Of a stretch of DNA of 35,244 nt, positions 33,620 through 35,244 are shown piece by piece. Each line of letters opens with the position of its first letter. The stretch's first letter is position 1. The stretch is from contig NC_068990.1 of assembly GCF_001194135.2 (NCBI RefSeq), positions 85,105,810 through 85,141,053 of the forward strand. Reading direction: 5' to 3'. This DNA is from Octopus bimaculoides (taxonomy: Eukaryota). The notes under the pieces were generated by a model. The model saw only the letters and a list, made by a program, of their open reading frames with translations, had not been told where the DNA came from and did no database searches. A program made the position numbers and the translations under genes.

Positions 33620-33838
33620 GGCGGCGAGCTGGCAGAGTCGTTAGCATGCTAGGCTAAAAATGCTTAGCGGTATTTCATCCGTCTTTACATTGAGTTCAAA
33701 TTCCGCCGAGGTCGACTTTGTCTTTTATCTTTTCGGGGTCGATAAAATAAGTACCAATCAAGCTCTGGGGTCCATTTAAACGATTTACACCTTCCTCCGA
33801 ACTTGCTGGTCTTGTGTTAAAATTTGAAACCAATATTA
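33620..33838 (+). mobile_element. SINE family B, full length, tail type 3
   Basis: GGCGGCGAGCTGGCAGAGTCG..GAGTTCAAATTCCGCCGAGGTCGACTTTG..CGAACTTGCTGGTCTTGTGTTAAAATTTGAAACCAATATT. Confidence 0.9.
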
Positions 33839-33879
33839 TCCAAGGGACAGGTAATGCCGGACACAGCTTAGCATCAGCC

Positions 33880-34125
33880 AGCGTTGTCACAGCAGTTGCC
33901 AGAACAATGCTGTGTCTTTTACAAAGTTTAACACTATCGTAGCTGCAATCTTCTGATTAGGCATCTTCTTTCTGGTTTTTTGAACCCCAGGTTAACAAGA
34001 TTGGTAGCCTGGCAGATAGTCGTGTAGCCAAAAGCTCCAATAATCACTGGTAAAAATCTAAATTTACAGACCGGACGGGGTAAGTACAGGTTTCTTATCA
34101 TTTTCAGAGGTGAAATACTATTATT
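33880..34125 (-). pseudogene. C-terminal fragment of an REL-endonuclease non-LTR retrotransposon (third lineage)
   Basis: PLKMIRNLYLPRPVCKFRFLPVIIGAFGY...NLVNLGF...LIRRLQ resembles the post-catalytic (F.FIPVIIGALG..LQ) segment of REL-type ORF2. Confidence 0.55.
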
Positions 34126-34186
34126 ATCTAAAACGGAATTATCTAAAACATATATATTTATAGGAAAGTGGTTATACACCATTAGG

Positions 34187-34585
34187 TGTATACCCGCTTC
34201 CGTACATTAAATTCTGAAGAAACAACGGAACGCAGATTCTGAACCATCAACACAACAATATTTATTTACAGAGGAAATAGGCAGCACTTCGCCCTTTGGT
34301 TGCTGAGACGCCGTCATTGATGTTGAGTGGTTACTTGTCTAGCTCCAGAGCTGGAATGTTGGAAAGAGCTGTCTCCAGAGTTGGAATGTTGGAGAGAGAC
34401 TGCTTGAAGACGTCCAGGCTCATGGTCGGCCGGCGAGAAAAGAGAATGAATAAGGGCGCGGAACTTGTATGTCGAATGACCACGCATGCGCATGAGACTC
34501 TTCCCGTGTTCCTTCAGGAACTAGTCCCTGCGCATGCGTGGATAAGCTTAGCGGAAATGTCGTCTGCTATTAAGGCGTTACTACA
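34187..34585 (-). mobile_element. LTR (~400 bp) of a Gypsy-like retrotransposon, interpreted as the 3' LTR
   Basis: On the minus strand it runs TGTAGTAAC...GGGTATACA (TG..CA, TGTA/TACA termini), has AATAAA ~70-80 nt before the 3' end, and is preceded by the purine run CAGGGGAG-CCA as PPT. Confidence 0.65.
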
Positions 34586-34680
34586 TGGCTCCCCTGCGAG
34601 TGCCGAAAGCACGAAAATAGAAAATTTGGAGGAACGCCTGAGGCAAGATGGCCACCGAAACCACCAACACGATGTGGCAC
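34586..34680 (-). mobile_element. Short remnant of the LTR-element internal 3' end plus PPT
   Basis: Minus strand ..FRWPSCL.. resembles the Gypsy pol terminal TRSGR.VRWP.RL motif, followed by the PPT. The sequence further right is unrelated. Confidence 0.4.
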
Positions 34681-34959
34681 AAACACACACAAAGAAAAAT
34701 CAAAGAAATGAATGTACACTTGTGAGATACATGCACGCAATTTACAAATGAATTGACAATGACAAAACAACCGTGATGACAACTGTCCAGGAAACTGGAA
34801 TCACGCGATGTAAAAGTCTGATTGTTTGTTTTTTTCTGAAAGGAAAGAAAATATGAGTGCACAAGTGTGTGTGTGAGAGAGAATACACAGAACATAGTAA
34901 AAGTGTCTGTAACAGACTGTGAAAAGTCTTAAAACACTGAGATGGAGAAAACCAGTTCG

Positions 34960-35197
34960 TATTAAAATTCCACAAGGAGATAGAATGTCCATACGCAGGA
35001 AGTTGCGGTCAAGGAGCAGAGCTGTAGTTGAGCGTCGATGCTGGTTGGGACCTGTGTTACCTGGTACTGAATATTCTATAAAAGTTACACAAGGAGATTT
35101 AGAATGTTCATACGCAGGAAGTTACGGTCAAGGAGCAGAGCTGTAGTTGAGCGTCGGATGCTGGCTGGGACCTGTGTTACCTGGTACTGAATATTCT
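34960..35197. repeat. Two-copy tandem duplication, ~118-120 bp unit, highly similar copies
   Basis: CACAAGGAGAT..AGAATGT.CATACGCAGGAAGTT.CGGTCAAGGAGCAGAGCTGTAGTTGAGCGTCG.ATGCTGG.TGGGACCTGTGTTACCTGGTACTGAATATTCT occurs at 34960-35077 and 35078-35197. Confidence 0.95.
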
Positions 35198-35244
35198 GGC
35201 TGGTCTGTTGATCGTGAGTGGAAACATCCACTCTAACAGAGTCG

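Noticed and set aside
6092-33700. tRNA genes suggested by A/B boxes
   Set aside because: All are SINE heads continuing into SINE bodies; none completes a cloverleaf
34586-34594. TGGCTCCCC after the LTR as a plus-strand tRNA-Asp primer-binding site
   Set aside because: Only 9 nt match. The AATAAA position and the pol-end-like peptide favour minus orientation, where the same bases form the PPT. Not fully excluded.

Overview
This is AT-rich, repeat-dense eukaryotic non-coding DNA from a gapped draft assembly (5 N-runs). The interspersed repeat families look like those I recall from Octopus genomes; that assignment is inference from recalled sequence, not a database search. I find no host protein-coding gene I can support. 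Almost all listed ORFs are microsatellite translations, N-gap artefacts or transposon debris. The window holds three tRNA-headed SINE families (here called A, B and C, with swappable 3' tails and a dimeric form). It also holds decayed non-LTR fragments (R4/Dong-type REL endonuclease, RTE, an APE endonuclease), two mariner relics, a Tc2-like MITE, a hAT/Buster end, a Gypsy-like 3' LTR with PPT, and many di-, tri- and tetranucleotide microsatellites. Two structures are not explained by these families. The first is an old ~250-400 bp unit repeated four times in the same orientation between 15.3 and 20.8 kb; its best-conserved core is a TGACCT-AACT-AGGTCA palindrome resembling a nuclear-receptor (ROR/HR3/Rev-erb/E75-type) element. 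The second is a ~260 bp foldback at 12.08-12.34 kb with a 13-bp tandem repeat as its loop.
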